23,426 nucleotides of DNA from an uncultured bacterium (GTDB lineage Bacteria > Muiribacteriota > UBA9980). The notes below the pieces were generated by a model, which did not search any database, was not told the origin of the DNA, and saw nothing but the letters and a program-made list of their open reading frames with translations. Both the position numbers and the translations under genes were made by a program. Every line of letters begins with the position of its first letter. The stretch's first letter is position 1. Shown here in pieces: positions 1 through 8,499 of this stretch. The DNA is taken from the NCBI GenBank assembly GCA_964545075.1, contig CAZJFS010000060.1, positions 1 through 23,426 on the forward strand, read 5' to 3'.

Positions 1-701
1 GCTTCCGTTCCGGATGGCACCCGGATCACTTTCTTCATTTCAGGATTTTCGGCATGAAGCGTGGTTTCGATCTCGTCCGTCATTGAATTTAATATTTTTT
101 CGAGGTATTTATGGGTCATCATGGGTAAATTCAAAGCGTTCGGCAAAAACGGTCTTCCGATCATCATTAAGCCTTTCGTCATGGGATATGGAAGGATATA
201 TTTATCCCAGGCCGCGAACTGCCTGCATGATACGAATCCGCAAGCTATCGGCAGAACATAGCAGTTTTCTTTTATAGCGATATAGTTAACGCCTTCCTTC
301 GCCGAGTGATAAGGCCCGCGCGGGCCGTCAAGCGCGATCGCCACGTCATGGCCTTCGCGCATCTTCCTGATGAGACCAATAAGTCCGGAAACCGCTCCCC
401 TGCTTGAAGAACCGCGTACGACCGAGTAGCCGAAGGATGTCAGAATACGGTTTTGCATTTCGCCGTCCTGTGAAAGGCTGACCATTATGGCAATTTTTCT
501 GTTACGGAAATAATAAATCGGGTAGAACTGCTGGCCGTGCCAGAAAACTATCACGCACGGAATGCCGCGTTCCTTTAAAAACTGATAATTTTCATATCCG
601 GTCACTTTCATGGAAAGTGAAGCGGATATAGAGTTTATTAAAGGTTTTCCGATGAGCGGCACGATATTTTGTTTTAAAACGTTTGCGATACTAAATCCCA
701 T
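1..701 (-). CDS. DUF374-family protein (lipid A/Kdo-associated, function unknown); partial, C-terminus runs off the window start
   Basis: Minus-strand frame is open from ATG at 701..699 to position 1 with no stop. Translation: MGFSIANVLKQNIVPLIGKPLI...CVIVFWHGQQFYPIYYF...IAIMVSLSQDGEMQNRILTSFGYSVVRGSSSRGAVSGLIGLIRKMREGHDVAIALDGPRGPYHSAKEG. The FWHGxx, SxxxDGE, RGSSSRGG and DGPRGP motifs are those I recall for Pfam DUF374. The start overlaps the msbA-like stop by 11 nt (ATGGGATTTAG). It is not in the ORF track because no stop lies in the window. Confidence 0.6.
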   Translation of the reverse strand, partial: MGFSIANVLKQNIVPLIGKPLINSISASLSMKVTGYENYQFLKERGIPCVIVFWHGQQFYPIYYFRNRKIAIMVSLSQDGEMQNRILTSFGYSVVRGSSSRGAVSGLIGLIRKMREGHDVAIALDGPRGPYHSAKEGVNYIAIKENCYVLPIACGFVSCRQFAAWDKYILPYPMTKGLMMIGRPFLPNALNLPMMTHKYLEKILNSMTDEIETTLHAENPEMKKVIRVPSGTE

Positions 702-2442
702 TTACGGTTACGACCTCCTTTTCAAAGTAGGTCTGGTAAAGTTTCTGGTAAACACCTTCGATTTCTATAAGTTTTTCGTGAGTTCCGTATTGCGCAAGCA
801 AGCCTTTTTCAAGCACTATTATTTCGGTGGCATTTTTTATCGTCGAGAGCCTGTGCGCGATGATGAACGTGGTTCTGCCCTGCATAAGCCTGTCGAGAGC
901 GTCCTTTACGAGCGATTCCGATTCGGCGTCGAGGGCGGAAGTTGCCTCGTCAAGTATGAGTATCTTAGGATTTCTTAATATTGTCCTGGCTATGGCGATT
1001 CGCTGACGCTGCCCGCCCGAAAGCTTAACGCCGTGTTCTCCGACCTTCGTTGAAAAACCCAGCGGAAATTTTTCGACAAAGTCAGCCGCATTGGCCATTT
1101 TAGCCGCCGTCAAAGCTTCTTCGTCTGATGCGTCGGGATTTCCATATTTTATATTGTCAAGAATCGTTCCTGAAAAAAGGACCGTATCCTGGGGAACTAT
1201 GCCAATCTGCATGCGCAGCGAGCGCAATTTAACGCTTTCAATGTTTAATCCGTCGATCTCTATGGCGCCGGAATTGAGTTTGTAAAATCTTAAAAGCAGG
1301 TTTACGAGCGTTGTTTTGCCTGAGCCGGAAGGCCCGACGACGGCCGTTATGTTTCCCGGTTTCACCGAAAGCGAGAAATTGAATATCCCTCCGTCGGATT
1401 TAGGGTATTTGAAGTATATGTTTTTAAACTCGATACCGCCTTTTATTTCAGGCATTTCAACGAGTCCGCCTTCATTTTCATCTTCGGGCTTTTCATCGAG
1501 TATCTCGTAGATCCTTTCGATGCATACATGCGCCTGTTGATAGTAGGTAGTAGTATTCGTAAGTCTTTTTATAGGCGTAAAAAGCATTCCAAGCGCCGTC
1601 AGAAAGCTTATCAGCTCGCCCGGCGTAAGGCTTGGATTGGGCTTTATTACGAAATAGCCGCCTATGCCGAGAACTATGACTATGCCGTTAGTGTTTAGAA
1701 ATTCTATTATTGGAAGTATAAGCGCTATCAGATGACTATATTTCATGGCTATTTTAAAGTTTTCGTCGGCTTCCTTCCCGAAGGCGTCGTTTTCCATGCC
1801 TTCATTCGAGAACGCTTTGACCGTTCTTATTCCGGAGATTTTTTCATTTAAGATAGAGGTGATGTCGCCGACTTTGCTCTGAAGCGTATATGTGGTCTTT
1901 CTGACTTTTTGAGAGAATTTTGAAACAATGAAGCCGATGAATGGGATTACCATGAAGGCGGCCAGCGCGAGTTGATAGTGAATATAAACGATCCAGCATA
2001 TAAGGCCCAGGACGGTTAGAAGATCCGAAACCACGCCGATACTCGCGTCGATCATATTCTGGAGCATAACGACGTCCGATGTTATGCGGGCCATTATGTG
2101 CCCCGTCTGCCGGTCCTCGAAATAACTTATCGGAAGCCTGTTTATATGGGCGTAAATATTTTTCCTCAGTTTTCTTAATACGCTCTGCCCGACGAAGGCT
2201 GTATAATAATTCTGAAAATAATAAAATACGCCTTTCACTATGAAGAGTACGATCAGGCCTATGGATATGAGCGTGAGATAATATGAATTTTTCTCAAAGA
2301 GCACTTTGTCGACGACATATTTCATAATGCCGGCCGGCAGGGCCGTCGCGATCGAAACTACTACGGAACACATGAGAATCAGAACGAAATACGTGTAGTA
2401 TTCGAAAGCGTATTCTTTATAAAATCGTTTGACTACCGACAA
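691..2442 (-). CDS. msbA: ABC transporter, fused permease/ATP-binding protein; MsbA-like lipid A exporter
   Basis: 583 aa. N-terminal six-helix transmembrane domain followed by a nucleotide-binding domain with Walker A GPSGSGKTT, ABC signature LSGGQRQRIAIAR and Walker B ILILDEAT. It lies immediately downstream of lpxB, which is typical msbA context. Start is TTG at 2442, preceded by GGAGG with a 5-nt spacer. Confidence 0.8.
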   Translation of the reverse strand: MSVVKRFYKEYAFEYYTYFVLILMCSVVVSIATALPAGIMKYVVDKVLFEKNSYYLTLISIGLIVLFIVKGVFYYFQNYYTAFVGQSVLRKLRKNIYAHINRLPISYFEDRQTGHIMARITSDVVMLQNMIDASIGVVSDLLTVLGLICWIVYIHYQLALAAFMVIPFIGFIVSKFSQKVRKTTYTLQSKVGDITSILNEKISGIRTVKAFSNEGMENDAFGKEADENFKIAMKYSHLIALILPIIEFLNTNGIVIVLGIGGYFVIKPNPSLTPGELISFLTALGMLFTPIKRLTNTTTYYQQAHVCIERIYEILDEKPEDENEGGLVEMPEIKGGIEFKNIYFKYPKSDGGIFNFSLSVKPGNITAVVGPSGSGKTTLVNLLLRFYKLNSGAIEIDGLNIESVKLRSLRMQIGIVPQDTVLFSGTILDNIKYGNPDASDEEALTAAKMANAADFVEKFPLGFSTKVGEHGVKLSGGQRQRIAIARTILRNPKILILDEATSALDAESESLVKDALDRLMQGRTTFIIAHRLSTIKNATEIIVLEKGLLAQYGTHEKLIEIEGVYQKLYQTYFEKEVVTVNGI

Positions 2443-2455
2443 ATTTTCCTCCGGT

Positions 2456-3625
2456 TTAGCTGGTTGCGATATCGCGGGCTATAAGGTCTATCGGCGATTG
2501 AGCCGCGTTAAATTTTAAAAGTTTAGGCGTTTCAAGAAGCAGACGCCTCATGTTTTCACCGTATCTCTGATTTTCAATTATTTTAGCCGCGTGATACATA
2601 ACGTTATCGAAGTTGGCTTCCCGCTGGAGAAGCTCCGGGACCACGCATGTCCCGTGAATAATATTGGGAAGGCCGACGAATTTAGTGTTTACCAGGAGCC
2701 TTCCTGCAATTTCAGTCAGAAGCGCCATTTTATATAAAATAACCATCGGCACTCCGAAAAGCGCCAGTTCGAGAGTCGCCGTTCCTGAAGTCGCGAGCGC
2801 GAGGGCCGCCTCGCTGAAGCAGCGATATTTCAGATCGTCGTCTTCGACGAACCTGTAAGAAAAATCAGCGTTTTTAAATTTCTTTTTCAAAAGCGCGGTG
2901 TCCGAGGACGGCGCTATTGGGACGATAAATTCAAGTCCGTTAATCGTTTTCGAATAATTTTTGTTTATAGCCGCCGCGCATTTTTTTATCAATGGAAGCA
3001 GGTTCTCGATCTCGCTTTTGCGAGAACCGGGCATTAAAATAATTTTGTTTTTTGGGCCGTTGTTGCCGGCGCCGAGGAATTTTTTAAAGTCGAAGCCGGA
3101 GGCTTTTATTATATCGAATATAGGATGTCCGAAAAATTTCGTTTCTATGCCGCGCTCTTCAAAAAATTTTTTTTCAAAAGGGAATATCGAATATATGCGG
3201 TCAACGCATGAACCGAGTTTTTTTACGCGGAACTCGCCCCACGCCCACAATTTAGGCGGTATGAAAAAATAAACGGGAATGCCGGCCGCCTTCGCAAGTT
3301 GCGCCAGCCTTATGTTGAATCCGGCGTAATCGATTAAAATAAGAGCGTCTATGCCGGTTCTGATGAAGAAATTACCGGCGAGCCTTATATTCTTATAATT
3401 TTCAAAAAGCGATGTGAGTATTTCGGTGACTCCCATCACGGAATGTTTTTCCATATTCAAAAGGAGCCTGACGCCGGCCTTTTTCATTCTTGAAAGTCCG
3501 ATGCCATGCAGTTCGGCGTTTTTAACGTGCTTTTTCAACGCCCTGGCAAGTTCGGCTCCGTAAATATCGCCTGAAGCCTCGCCGGCCGATATGAAAATTT
3601 TTTTGACATCGATCGTTTTTTCCAT
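2456..3625 (-). CDS. lpxB: Lipid-A-disaccharide synthase
   Basis: 389 aa. N-terminus KKIFISAGEASGDIYGAELARALK matches the LpxB glycosyltransferase N-terminal signature (E. coli VAGETSGDILGAGLIRALK). The C-terminal half is GT-B-like. ATG start at 3625 lies 3 nt after the lpxI stop. Confidence 0.85.
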   Translation of the reverse strand: MEKTIDVKKIFISAGEASGDIYGAELARALKKHVKNAELHGIGLSRMKKAGVRLLLNMEKHSVMGVTEILTSLFENYKNIRLAGNFFIRTGIDALILIDYAGFNIRLAQLAKAAGIPVYFFIPPKLWAWGEFRVKKLGSCVDRIYSIFPFEKKFFEERGIETKFFGHPIFDIIKASGFDFKKFLGAGNNGPKNKIILMPGSRKSEIENLLPLIKKCAAAINKNYSKTINGLEFIVPIAPSSDTALLKKKFKNADFSYRFVEDDDLKYRCFSEAALALATSGTATLELALFGVPMVILYKMALLTEIAGRLLVNTKFVGLPNIIHGTCVVPELLQREANFDNVMYHAAKIIENQRYGENMRRLLLETPKLLKFNAAQSPIDLIARDIATS

Positions 3626-3628
3626 ATT

Positions 3629-4432
3629 TTAAAGAGCGACTATCCTCACGCCTTTTGAGCGGGCAAAATTGATGACGTTTTCCTTGTCGAGAAATATGGT
3701 CTTGCCGGCGTCGACGACGAGCGTTACGGCGCCAGCCTTAAGCATTACGTTGATGGTGTTCATGCCGATGACCGGCATATCGAAACGTTTGTCTTGGTTA
3801 GGCTTTGAAACTTTCGCCACCACGACGCCGCCTTTTCCGAGCGCGCCGCCGCGAGAGATCGCTTCGTCCGTACCTTCGATGGCTTCCACCGCGAGAACCG
3901 CGCGGTCTTTTACGATGACGGTCTGGCCGATGTCCAGCCCTGCGATCTGTTTGGCTATGTTCCAGCCGTAATAGACGTCCTGCCATTCGGTTTCACGAAG
4001 TTCGTCGCTCGTGAGAACCCCATCCTGTATCAAAAGCTTGTTGACATATTTAGTGCTTTCGCAAACGGTTATGCCTTCGGACTGGATCTCGTTGACCAGC
4101 GCGAGTAAGATGGAATCGTCGTTATTGTTGTCTATTTTTGAAAGAAGCAACTTGAGGCGGGCGTCGAAGGCAATGGTTCCGGAATATAACAGCGTTTTCT
4201 GTATTTTCCCCGCCATGACGACCTCTTTTACGGATTCCGTTTTCAGGATATCTATAAGGCGCTGTAATTCACCGACCGATATCCAGTGAACCCTGTCGGC
4301 TATCTTTTCGATATCGGGCGAGGCTATGTCCTTTAAAGCTATAACGACAAGGTGTATGCCCTGCGTTTTAGCTTCTTCAGCGAATATTAGCGGAAATCTC
4401 CCTGCGCCCGCTATCAATCCAAAACTATCCAC
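3629..4432 (-). CDS. lpxI: UDP-2,3-diacylglucosamine hydrolase, LpxI type (DUF1009)
   Basis: 267 aa. N-terminus FGLIAGAGRFPLIFAEEAKTQG resembles Caulobacter LpxI (LGLIAGGGALP...). C-terminal AIEGTDEAISRGG and DMPVIGMNT motifs are conserved. Position directly upstream of lpxB is the canonical LpxI context. GTG start at 4432, with GGAGG 8 nt upstream. Confidence 0.75.
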   Translation of the reverse strand: MDSFGLIAGAGRFPLIFAEEAKTQGIHLVVIALKDIASPDIEKIADRVHWISVGELQRLIDILKTESVKEVVMAGKIQKTLLYSGTIAFDARLKLLLSKIDNNNDDSILLALVNEIQSEGITVCESTKYVNKLLIQDGVLTSDELRETEWQDVYYGWNIAKQIAGLDIGQTVIVKDRAVLAVEAIEGTDEAISRGGALGKGGVVVAKVSKPNQDKRFDMPVIGMNTINVMLKAGAVTLVVDAGKTIFLDKENVINFARSKGVRIVAL

Positions 4433-4454
4433 TAAAATTGCCTCCTAACAGACG

Positions 4455-5969
4455 TTAATTGCTTTTTATTTCATTATTGCCGGTATTGGGTTCCGGCGTC
4501 GCGGCTGCCGTTTCATTTTCCGGCGTATGCTGTTTCGGCGTGACCGGCTGTTCCGGGTGATTATGGTGCCCGCCGGCGTTTTTATCCCTGTGGTCTTTTC
4601 CGCGGTTGTCGGTTTTATTATCCCTGTTATCACGGTTGTCGCGGCTCCGGCTTCCGTCCCTGTTATCCCTGCCGCGGTTATCCTGGCTTTTAAATTCTTT
4701 GGGCTTGCCGTCGTTCGGTCCGGCCGGTCGTGGAGGCCTGTTGTCGCGTTGGCTCCTGTTATCACGATTGTCCCGGTTTTCGCGGGGGCGGTTGTCCCTG
4801 CTATCCCTGCCGCGTGGCGGCTGAGTTTCCTTGTGGTCCGCCGGCGCCTTATCTTGTTTGTTTTCAGTGGTTTCCTTGTTTTCCTTTTTCAGGAACGGAA
4901 GGTCCGGCTTGGGTTTGTATTCTTTGAAAGGCTTGACCTTGCCTTCCTGTATCTTTAAAAGAAAATCTTCGTATGAAAGATTCAGCGCTATCTCTTCGCC
5001 CTCTATTTCGACCGTTACCTGATTCGACGCTTCATCGATCGTTTTGAGTATGCCGGTCTGTTCGTCTATGATTATTTTTGCGTTGACGGGCGGAACCTGA
5101 AGCTTGCAGGCCTCGGCTTCGCCTTCGTATCTAAGGCAGCAGAGAGGCCTGCTGCAGAGACCTGAGACCTTGCTCTGCATTCCTATAACGTTTAAAAATG
5201 GATTTTTCTGGGTGTCGACGTTTATTACGGCTTTAGTGCGGCACGGCCAGTAATTGCAGCATATCCGCCTTCCGCATATTCCAAGTCCGCCGAGCATTTC
5301 CGTTTCGTCGCGCGGGCCGATCTGGCGAAGTTCTATGCGCGTTCTGAAAACAAAAGCAAGTTCTCTGACGAGTTTTCTGAAATCGACTTTGGAGTCGGCT
5401 TTAAAAAAGAAGGTTACGCGGCTTCCATCGAATATATACTGAACCTTCAGAAGCTTCATCGGAAGCTCCAGTTTTTTGATCTTGTTGTTGCAGATGGCGA
5501 AAGCTTCCTTCTCACGCTGGCGGTTGCGCTCTTCCTGAGCGATGTCGCTTTCGTTGACGCGTCTTATGATGCGTATGTGAGGGTCGTTCACTTTTGTTCC
5601 GGCGAGCGGATTTAGAAGCGCTACTTCGGCTAGGTCCTTGCCCTTGGCGAGCTTGACCACTATCCGTTCGTGGAGCGTGAATGTCATGTTTTCGTCCGGG
5701 ACGTAATATAATTCGCCGGCCGTTTTGAATCGTATGCCTATAAGTTTACAATTGGCGGGAATTTCAGGCGGGAGGGGATCTTTTGCGGTTTCCGGCGCGG
5801 AGACCGGGGCCGTTTCGGGTTCGCAAGGAGTTGAGACGGTTGCGTCCGCCGTTGGTTCGGCATTCGCGTCCATCGGGGCCGTAATCTCGATTTCCTTGAT
5901 ATTAGGGGTTCCTGCGGTTTCCGTCAGCTCTGAAGCGTTCGCCGTTATGTTGTTGTTATCGTCCTGCAT
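4455..5969 (-). CDS. ricT: PSP1 C-terminal domain protein (RicT/YaaT-like) with disordered N- and C-terminal extensions
   Basis: 504 aa. The central region IGIRFKTAGELYYV...FDGSRVTFFFKADSKVDFRKLVRELAFVFRTRIELRQIGPRDE...GICGRRICCNYWPCR...GLCSRPLCCLRY is the PSP1/RicT fold with conserved Cys clusters. It lies immediately downstream of holB, as yaaT does in Bacillus. The C-terminal ~170 aa is an R/D/N-rich repeat (RDNRDNRSQRDNR...). Confidence 0.8.
   Translation of the reverse strand: MQDDNNNITANASELTETAGTPNIKEIEITAPMDANAEPTADATVSTPCEPETAPVSAPETAKDPLPPEIPANCKLIGIRFKTAGELYYVPDENMTFTLHERIVVKLAKGKDLAEVALLNPLAGTKVNDPHIRIIRRVNESDIAQEERNRQREKEAFAICNNKIKKLELPMKLLKVQYIFDGSRVTFFFKADSKVDFRKLVRELAFVFRTRIELRQIGPRDETEMLGGLGICGRRICCNYWPCRTKAVINVDTQKNPFLNVIGMQSKVSGLCSRPLCCLRYEGEAEACKLQVPPVNAKIIIDEQTGILKTIDEASNQVTVEIEGEEIALNLSYEDFLLKIQEGKVKPFKEYKPKPDLPFLKKENKETTENKQDKAPADHKETQPPRGRDSRDNRPRENRDNRDNRSQRDNRPPRPAGPNDGKPKEFKSQDNRGRDNRDGSRSRDNRDNRDNKTDNRGKDHRDKNAGGHHNHPEQPVTPKQHTPENETAAATPEPNTGNNEIKSN
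4556..4850 (-). repeat. Imperfect tandem coding repeat encoding the RDN-rich low-complexity tail of the RicT-like protein
   Basis: Reiterated ccctgttatc, cggttgtc and gttatcacg units on the plus strand. Opposite-strand ORFs 4527..4958, 4606..4824 and 4730..4927 are artefacts of this low-complexity repeat. Confidence 0.6.
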
Positions 5970-5987
5970 TATTTACATCCACCGTTT

Positions 5988-7334
5988 TTACCTTATCATG
6001 TTAAAAAAATAATTTTCAAGATATGCCTCAGGGTTTATGTTGGCGGCCATGTCCCGGTAATATCCGCGGCCTATCTTTTTTACAATATGCTCGATCTCGC
6101 TTGTCGAATAAAGCGAAGACGCCTCGAGCGCCATTCGTTCAATAATGCCGTTCCCGCGTTTTTCAGGTCCGGCGTTTTTCATTATAAATATCTTTTCAAA
6201 AGCCACATAAAGACCGGCTACCATTTTTACATATTCATCGCGGCGGTTTCTGGCGCTTTCTTTTTTTATGACATCCATCATTTCGTTGAATATCTTGGCG
6301 GATACCCGCTCCTGTTGCTTCTGGTGAAGAGGCTCTATGAATTTTTCCAGTTCCTGCTGGCATGCCGCGAAATATCCGTCCATCTTACCCGCCAGTTCAT
6401 ATGACATGAGCTGAACATAGCGCCGCGCCGATTTTTTCGCCAGAAGTAGCAGCGCATAAGCACCGGCAGTTTTGATATATTGTCTTGACAGGATAGCCGC
6501 TTCTATTTTATCAAATGCTTCGTTTAAATGCAAGTTATTTTCTTCGGCCAGCCTATCTTCGTTGCCGAAACCGGCGTAAGCCATGTCCCATAACGCTGAA
6601 ATTTCTTCAGGTCCCGGCGTTTTTAATATCCGTTCGAGCGCGGTCATCACGGATGCGACGCGCGGGCCGGTTTTGGAAGTTTCTTCTTCCGCGGCGGATA
6701 TGGCCGCGCCTATGGACGATGAGGCGTTCACCAGAAATTCAGATTCGCGTTCGCCGATATCCGGCCACATATCGTCGATATACTTTTTTATCTTTTCTTT
6801 TTCCGTATCGTTGAATTTAACTATCTGGCATCGGGAGCGGATGGTCGGAAGGATCGAGTTCGGCGCTGAAGTCACTAAAACGAACAGCACGTTAGGAGTC
6901 GGTTCCTCAAGGGTTTTTAAAAAGCAATTAGCGGATTCCTGGTTAAAATAACGCACGTCGTTTATTATGTAAACCTGCCTAAATCCTTCAGGCACCTTAA
7001 GGCTGCCCGGCGCGATTATTTTAGCGCGTATATCGTCGATAGGGATCTCGCCGAATTTATATTTAAGCCTGGTGACGAATTGAAAATTTCCGGCTGCTAT
7101 CTTTTTGCAGCGCTCGCATTCGCCGCACGCAAGGCCATTTTTTAAAGAAAGGCAGTTGACGGACATGGCCAGAAGATCCGCGCAGGTAGATTTGCCGATA
7201 TGTTCGGGTCCCTGGAAGAGAAAGGAATGCGAGGCGCTGCGGCCGGAAGCCGCTGAGCGGATCAGATCGACCACGTCTTCATGGCCGAGGGGCGATAATG
7301 TCCGTTTAACGTTTATCATCGCCGCATCCTTCAT
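5988..7334 (-). CDS. holB: DNA polymerase III delta-prime subunit
   Basis: 448 aa. AAA+ clamp-loader fold with P-loop FQGPEHIGKST, zinc module CGECERCKKI and sensor SRCQ. The holB-ricT synteny supports the call. About 100 aa longer than typical delta-prime. Confidence 0.75.
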   Translation of the reverse strand: MKDAAMINVKRTLSPLGHEDVVDLIRSAASGRSASHSFLFQGPEHIGKSTCADLLAMSVNCLSLKNGLACGECERCKKIAAGNFQFVTRLKYKFGEIPIDDIRAKIIAPGSLKVPEGFRQVYIINDVRYFNQESANCFLKTLEEPTPNVLFVLVTSAPNSILPTIRSRCQIVKFNDTEKEKIKKYIDDMWPDIGERESEFLVNASSSIGAAISAAEEETSKTGPRVASVMTALERILKTPGPEEISALWDMAYAGFGNEDRLAEENNLHLNEAFDKIEAAILSRQYIKTAGAYALLLLAKKSARRYVQLMSYELAGKMDGYFAACQQELEKFIEPLHQKQQERVSAKIFNEMMDVIKKESARNRRDEYVKMVAGLYVAFEKIFIMKNAGPEKRGNGIIERMALEASSLYSTSEIEHIVKKIGRGYYRDMAANINPEAYLENYFFNMIR

Positions 7335-8418
7335 CCTTCCGTCCGTTTTTAATCCGCCGTGAGTTGATAACGTGGCGAAGCCTTATGAGGCCGATCACGA
7401 AAAGAAGGCAAATGAGAAAAAGCAGAAAGATGGCCTTGATATTATTGACCTTTGACATTCCTATGGAGAAGAACGAAAGCGATATGGCGATGAGGTATAA
7501 AATGAAAACAGCCTGTTTGTGGGAGAGACCGAGTTCCAGGAACTGGTGGTGAAGGTGTTCCTTATCGGCTATGTGCGGCGGCATTTCCTTGGAGATGCGC
7601 CGTATTATGGCATAGATCATGTCGAGTATCGGTATGAGAAGAACGAGGAACGGGACCAGGACTATCGCAAGAGTGGCGCTTTTAAAAGCGCCCATGACGG
7701 ACGTTACGCCGAGGGTGAACCCCAGAAATGTCGCGCCGCAATCGCCCATGAAAATTCTGGCCGGGTAGAAATTATATTTCAGGAAACCTATGCACGCCCC
7801 GGCCGTCGCCGCGAGCATTACACATGAATTGATGGAAAGCTTGTCTAAAATATTTACGATTATGAGCGTGATGGAGGCTATAGCGGTTATTCCGGCCGCC
7901 AGCCCGTCGAGGCCGTCAATGAAATTTATCATGTTGGTTATCGCAACGACCCAGATTATAGTGGCCGGAATCTTTAAGAGCCCGAGATCGAATCGCGTTC
8001 CAACCTGCATTCCAGAGATCATTTCGATTTTCAGGCCGAAAATCACAAGTATGGAGGCAGCTATAAGTTGTACGAGAAATTTGAATCTGGGAGAAAGGTC
8101 GTATTTGTCATCGGCGATGCCGAGTATGATTATGATAGCTGACGATAAAAGAAATCCGGTGATAGAGCCGTCAATGGAAATGGCTGTTTTCAAAGGCCAG
8201 CACATTTCGAGAGGGACGAATATGCCTATTAAAAAAGCGACATAAATGGCAAGACCGCCAAGCCTGCCCTTGGGTTCGAGATGCACTTTTCTCGGAGAGG
8301 GCTTGTCGAGCACTTTGAAATATTCCGAAAGCCTTATGGCCAGCGGCGTTAAAATTATAGAGGAGAGAAGCGCGATAACGAAACTTGCCGCGACTCTATG
8401 AAAAAAAAATGAATTCAT
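7306..8418 (-). CDS. Glycosyltransferase family 4 polyprenyl-phosphate N-acetylhexosamine-1-phosphate transferase (WecA/TagO-like)
   Basis: 370 aa with 10-11 TM helices. Contains the DDxxD motif (IADDKYDL) and a C-terminal HLHHQFLELGLSHKQAVFILY that resembles the WecA-family H-x-HH-x-L-x-G-S-x-Q-x-V motif more than MraY (HHHFE). It is not in a dcw cluster. It overlaps the holB start by 29 nt. Confidence 0.7.
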   Translation of the reverse strand: MNSFFFHRVAASFVIALLSSIILTPLAIRLSEYFKVLDKPSPRKVHLEPKGRLGGLAIYVAFLIGIFVPLEMCWPLKTAISIDGSITGFLLSSAIIIILGIADDKYDLSPRFKFLVQLIAASILVIFGLKIEMISGMQVGTRFDLGLLKIPATIIWVVAITNMINFIDGLDGLAAGITAIASITLIIVNILDKLSINSCVMLAATAGACIGFLKYNFYPARIFMGDCGATFLGFTLGVTSVMGAFKSATLAIVLVPFLVLLIPILDMIYAIIRRISKEMPPHIADKEHLHHQFLELGLSHKQAVFILYLIAISLSFFSIGMSKVNNIKAIFLLFLICLLFVIGLIRLRHVINSRRIKNGRKDEGCGDDKR

Positions 8419-8470
8419 CGTTTAAACACTCAAGAAAATCGCGCCGGATTAAAGCTGACGCGGTGGTGCC

Positions 8471-8499
8471 ATTATAAAGTAATTTTCTGGATTTGTCAA
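8471..8499 (-). promoter_or_regulatory. Consensus sigma70-type promoter TTGACA-N17-TATAAT driving the wecA-like/holB/ricT/lpxI/lpxB/msbA array
   Basis: The reverse complement of 8471..8500 reads tTTGACAaatccagaaaattacttTATAAT. The -35 element overlaps the TGA stop of the upstream DUF3084-like gene. Predicted TSS is near 8464, giving a ~46-nt leader to the ATG at 8418. Confidence 0.55.

Noticed and set aside
14-978. Plus-strand ORFs 14..277, 61..261 and 610..978
   Set aside because: They overlap the DUF374 and msbA-like genes on the opposite strand and show no homology signal.
3798-3986. Arg-rich 62-aa ORF antisense within lpxI, and similar Arg-rich ORF 11742..11966 antisense in mntP
   Set aside because: Typical shadow ORFs of GC-rich codon third positions. 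They overlap confidently called genes.
4527-4958. Several plus-strand ORFs (143, 72 and 65 aa) opposite the RicT tail
   Set aside because: Artefacts of the low-complexity RDN-encoding repeat. No RBS or coding signal.
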